Source of the DNA: Bacteroidales bacterium
Lineage (GTDB): Bacteria > Bacteroidota > Bacteroidia > Bacteroidales > WCHB1-69
DNA length: 64,000 nt
Assembly (NCBI GenBank): GCA_017616775.1
Contig: JAFZXM010000015.1
Span: 26,495-90,494 of the forward strand
Direction: 5' to 3'
Positions 61,744 to 64,000 of the stretch are shown here, piece by piece; the first letter of the stretch is position 1, and every line of letters starts with the position of its first letter. Both the position numbers and the translations under genes were made by a program. The notes under the pieces were generated by a model that searched no databases, had not been told where the DNA came from, and was given only the letters and a program-made list of their open reading frames with translations.

Positions 61744-62733
61744 TCAAATTCCCCGCTCTTTCCACTTTTTTCCCTGACAGGTATTACGTTTGGCCAACTC
61801 TTTCTCTACGGCTATAATTATTTGATCGTTGCGTATCAAGCCCCACGGATTTCCATTCAAAAAACGCGGCGGCACTTCTCCTGCAAACCGTTCCACCACT
61901 ATATGCGGTGACAGGCATTCCAAAAAATTCACCATAAAATCCACATATTCCTGCAACGAAAAAGAGTAAAACCATTCCGGATGCATTGCATATTCTTCTG
62001 CCATTTGCGTGTGTTTGATAATTTGCAACTGATGAAATTTAACAGTATCTATCGGTAAATGCGATATAATTTCCGCCCATTGCAACCATTGTTGCGGAGT
62101 CTCGTTGGGCAAGCCGAAAATAAAATGCGCCCCTGTTTTTATCCCCGCCTGACGGGTGAGACGCAATGTATTACATGCCTGTTCAAAGGTATGCCCTCTG
62201 TTGACATGTGACAAAGTGGATTCATTACAACTTTCCACACCATATTCCAACATAACATAATATTGTTGGCCCAAACGTGCAAAATAATCCAATTTTTCTT
62301 CATCCACACAATCCGGACGCGTACCTATCACCACCCCTATCACATCGGGATGGTTCAAAGCCTCATCATAACAATTCCGCAACACCTCCAATGGTGCGTA
62401 AGTATTGGAATAAGACTGGAAATAGGCTAAATATTTGGATGCTCTCCGATAACGGTTTTTATGAAATTCTATACCTTCGTCTATTTGTGTGGTGATACTT
62501 TTATCCGGATGACAATACGAAGGCGTGAAAGCGGCATTGTCGCAATAAGTACATCCGCCTGTGGAAATGCTTCCGTCTCTATTGGGACAGGAAAAACCCG
62601 CATTAATGGTTACCTTCTGTACTCTTTCTCCAAAAGTACGTTTGAAATATTCCGCATAAGAATTAAACCTCCGTTCACTCTGCCAAGGATACATATCGGG
62701 CTGACAATATTTTCTGCATCGGGATAGCGGCAT
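61744..62733 (-). CDS. TIGR01212-type (YhcC-like) radical SAM protein
   Basis: Contains FG.RVQKV.INAGFSCPNRDG...GGCTYC. Its TAATG stop/start junction overlaps the upstream ALDH gene by 1 nt. Confidence 0.85.
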   Translation of the reverse strand: MPLSRCRKYCQPDMYPWQSERRFNSYAEYFKRTFGERVQKVTINAGFSCPNRDGSISTGGCTYCDNAAFTPSYCHPDKSITTQIDEGIEFHKNRYRRASKYLAYFQSYSNTYAPLEVLRNCYDEALNHPDVIGVVIGTRPDCVDEEKLDYFARLGQQYYVMLEYGVESCNESTLSHVNRGHTFEQACNTLRLTRQAGIKTGAHFIFGLPNETPQQWLQWAEIISHLPIDTVKFHQLQIIKHTQMAEEYAMHPEWFYSFSLQEYVDFMVNFLECLSPHIVVERFAGEVPPRFLNGNPWGLIRNDQIIIAVEKELAKRNTCQGKKWKERGI

Positions 62734-64000
62734 TATCTTTCAAATTTCCGCAATATCGCCAATTTGATTTTCTCTGCTTTTCCGCCATAAGGATGTTCCC
62801 GCAAGGGCAAATTACAACAAGTGCGACCTTTGAGGACGGTTTGCGGATGGGTAAATTCCCTGAACCCCCATTCTCCGTGATAGGCTCCCATGCCGGAATG
62901 TCCCGTTCCGTTAAACGGCACCCCTTTCACCATCATGTGTATGCACACCTCATTAATACAGCCGCCGCCATATTGCTGTGTTTGCATGACATGATTGGCC
63001 CACTTCATATTTTTGGTAAACAAATACATTGCCAAGGGGTGTTCCCGCTCTGCTATTATTTCCATCAGGGCATCTGCTTCCGCATCTTTAAAGGGCACTA
63101 TCGGCAACAATGGATTAAAAAGTTCATGTTGCACTATATGTTCATCTGTCTGCACGGGATATATGACGGTAGGGGCATAGCGGCGGGAGGCTCTGTCGCC
63201 TTTGCCGCCAAAGAGAATACGGCTACGGTATTCTTCCGCCAACTGCTCGCATTTGTCGTATGCCGCATCGGTAATCAGGTGAGGATATTCTTCATTGTTT
63301 TCCGCATGCTCCCCTATTTGTGCCACAAAGGCCCGCTTGAGTTCCGCCAGAAACAGGTCCGCCACCTCTTCTGCCACCGCCACCTGATTGATATTGATAC
63401 ATATTTGTCCTGCATTGCACAATTTGAAAAACGCTATCTTGCGGGCGGCATCTTTCAAATCCGCATCTTTACGCACCACACACCAATTGCCGGTTTCGCC
63501 GCCGAGTTCCAGCGCTACGGGAGTAAGATTTTTGGCTGCCTCCGTCAACACATGCTTTCCCACTGCCGGCGAGCCCGTATAGAATATTTTATCAAAACGT
63601 TGTGCCAAGCACCTGTCGGCAATATCATGACCGCCGTCTATCAAGGTAATGTATTCCGGCGGGAACACTTCTGCAAAAAATCGCTTGAGCACAGCCGTGC
63701 TTGCGGCGGACTTGGAACTGGATTTTATCACCACCGTATTTCCGCCGGACATGGCAGCAGCCACCACACCTATGGTTAACAATATAGGGAAATTGAAAGG
63801 ACTTATCACCAACGACACCCCATAGGGCATTTTGTACACCTTGGTGACAAGGCTCGGAAAACACATCCAGCCGCTAAAATGCCTTTCGGGACGTGCCCAG
63901 CGGCGCAGACCGCACAACATTTCGTTAATTTCGGTGATAATAGGACCTATATCACACAAATAGGCTTCCACACGGCTTCTTCCCAAATCGGTGGCAAGGG
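62733..64000 (-). CDS. Aldehyde dehydrogenase family protein (ALDH3-like), 5'-partial. It runs off the window end.
   Basis: Contains ELGGE, a CNAGQIC catalytic-Cys region and the N-terminal ...DLGRSRVEAYL motif. The frame is open through nt 64000. Confidence 0.85.
   Translation of the reverse strand, partial: LATDLGRSRVEAYLCDIGPIITEINEMLCGLRRWARPERHFSGWMCFPSLVTKVYKMPYGVSLVISPFNFPILLTIGVVAAAMSGGNTVVIKSSSKSAASTAVLKRFFAEVFPPEYITLIDGGHDIADRCLAQRFDKIFYTGSPAVGKHVLTEAAKNLTPVALELGGETGNWCVVRKDADLKDAARKIAFFKLCNAGQICININQVAVAEEVADLFLAELKRAFVAQIGEHAENNEEYPHLITDAAYDKCEQLAEEYRSRILFGGKGDRASRRYAPTVIYPVQTDEHIVQHELFNPLLPIVPFKDAEADALMEIIAEREHPLAMYLFTKNMKWANHVMQTQQYGGGCINEVCIHMMVKGVPFNGTGHSGMGAYHGEWGFREFTHPQTVLKGRTCCNLPLREHPYGGKAEKIKLAILRKFER

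Noticed and set aside
62793-63779. Very long (328-aa) plus-strand ORF antisense to the aldehyde dehydrogenase gene
   Set aside because: It is entirely nested opposite a clearly homologous ALDH CDS. Its composition (rich in F/H/R/C/I) is typical of antisense translation, it has no promoter box and I recognise no motif in it. It is treated as a shadow ORF.

Overview
This is a moderately AT-rich chromosomal core segment from a Bacteroidota genome, probably Bacteroidales-like. Three observations support that placement. TAnnTTTG -7 promoter boxes sit 20-40 nt upstream of many start codons. One secreted protein carries a T9SS type-B C-terminal sorting domain. The window also holds the canonical block tRNA-Thr/Tyr/Gly/Thr - tuf - tRNA-Trp - secE - nusG - rplK-rplA-rplJ-rplL - rpoB - rpoC - DUF3467 (28.4-41.9 kb, minus strand). 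The rest is mostly housekeeping: ribE, gdhA, coaD, rpsO-pnp, gltX, rplY, serS, miaB, trxB, a dGTPase-like HD protein, rnr, recO, era, a guanine-deaminase-like gene, a TIGR01212 radical-SAM gene and an ALDH. Envelope and secreted proteins of unknown function are interspersed among them. I found no rRNA, CRISPR array, transposase, integrase, prophage or recognisable defence, toxin or biosynthetic cluster, and I do not see a convincing novel multi-gene system. The best candidates for follow-up are modest. (1) A tight three-gene envelope operon at 52.06-56.61 kb: two proteins ending in OMP-like beta-signals flank an M48 protease that carries a large unassigned C-terminal module. (2) An orphan 757-aa protein with an EF-hand, three C-terminal TM helices and an acidic repeat tail (23.75-26.03 kb), next to a decayed FGE-domain gene. 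(3) A small accessory islet between pnp and gltX that includes a minimal macro-like protein. (4) A thioredoxin-fold protein whose CxxC is replaced by SASS. All family assignments come from reading motifs by eye; no searches were run.
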